DNA of 64,000 bases, from contig JAWLFE010000007.1 in assembly GCA_041685735.1 (NCBI GenBank), positions 1,397 to 65,396 on the forward strand. The letters are read 5' to 3'. The DNA is from Nitriliruptoraceae bacterium (lineage in GTDB: Bacteria > Actinomycetota > Nitriliruptoria > Nitriliruptorales > Nitriliruptoraceae). The position numbers and the translations under genes are program-made. Below the pieces are notes generated by a model that saw only the letters and a list, made by a program, of their open reading frames with translations, did no database searches and was not told where the DNA came from. Below, one piece after another: positions 63,577 through 64,000 of this stretch (its first letter is position 1; every line of letters starts with the position of its first letter).

Positions 63577-64000
63577 CTAGTCCTCGTCGGACGCGTCGGC
63601 AGCCTCGTCCAGGACCGCATCGGCGTCCTCGGTCTCTTCGCCGATGACCTCCGGCTCGTCCTCCTCGATCCCGGCGCTGTCCTCCAGGGCCTCGAGCTCC
63701 TCCTCGGAGATCGGGGCGTTCATCGTGATGACGGTGCGCTCCGGGTCGATGTCGAACTCGGCACCTGCGGGAAGCACCGCACGCAGGTCCTCGACCCGAC
63801 GCACGTCACCGATCTCCATGCCCTCGACCGACAGATCCAGTGAGTTCGGCGTATCGAGCGGCCGGACCAGCACGGGAACGGTGTAGAGGATCTGGTTGAG
63901 TACGCCGCCGTCGTCGACGACCTCCTCCTCGTCGATGAGGTGGACCGGGACCTCGACACTGATCGGGACGTCCTTGTTGACGGCCAGCAGATCGACGTGG
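63577..64000 (-). CDS. rplY: 50S ribosomal protein L25 / Ctc, C-terminal part only (the N-terminus lies beyond the window edge)
   Basis: The sequence ...VPISVEVPVHLIDEEEVVDDGGVLNQILYTVPVLVRPLDTPNSLDLSVEGMEIGD is followed by an acidic tail. It sits next to pth, the classic arrangement. Confidence 0.85.
   Translation of the reverse strand, partial: HVDLLAVNKDVPISVEVPVHLIDEEEVVDDGGVLNQILYTVPVLVRPLDTPNSLDLSVEGMEIGDVRRVEDLRAVLPAGAEFDIDPERTVITMNAPISEEELEALEDSAGIEEDEPEVIGEETEDADAVLDEAADASDED

Overview
Very GC-rich sequence with strong third-codon-position GC bias. By gene content and synteny it is an actinobacterial chromosome segment. I had no tools, so every family name comes from reading motifs by eye and needs HMM confirmation.

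LEFT HALF (about 1.8-33.2 kb, almost all minus strand). This is a complete phage-tail-like contractile injection system (CIS) locus of the fibre-less type described for Streptomyces cytoplasmic CIS. Gene order, 5' to 3' on the minus strand:
- AAA+ ATPase
- membrane-anchored degenerate P-loop/TPR protein with a (PE)n linker
- a short plus-strand insert (frameshifted small ORF plus a DUF1795/Eag-like ORF)
- exported lipoprotein
- PAAR-like DUF4280 protein
- sheath
- tube
- gpE-like chaperone
- DUF6760-like mini-ORF
- second tube
- 164-aa unknown
- LysM tube initiator
- VgrG-like spike
- gp25
- baseplate J
- gpI-like protein
- tail-anchored double zinc-ribbon protein
- DUF4255 cap

The most unusual part follows the cap gene: three tandem paralogous single-pass membrane proteins of 735, 825 and about 3029 aa. 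Each has two cytoplasmic Ig-like modules, one TM helix and an external array of carboxypeptidase-regulatory-like beta-sandwich repeats. Nearly all junctions are stop/start overlaps. I saw no tail-fibre gene, no obvious long tape-measure gene and no mobility genes.

Non-coding signals inside the operon:
- perfect GC hairpins directly after the sheath and tube genes
- a 93-nt G-tract tandem repeat that fills an intergenic gap

RIGHT HALF (33.6-64 kb). Housekeeping genes in classical actinobacterial order: mdh, folD, purH, purN, tRNA-Leu(UAA), ppx, DUF501, ftsB, eno, mazG, PPIase, a zinc ABC uptake set, xthA, mfd, pth, rplY. Oddities here:
- a degenerate NlpC/P60 gene
- a NUDIX-YjeF_N fusion
- an ArsR/SmtB regulator with a palindromic operator in front of a duplicated His-rich mini-protein

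Many long ORFs in the supplied track are antisense or out-of-frame GC artefacts and were rejected.
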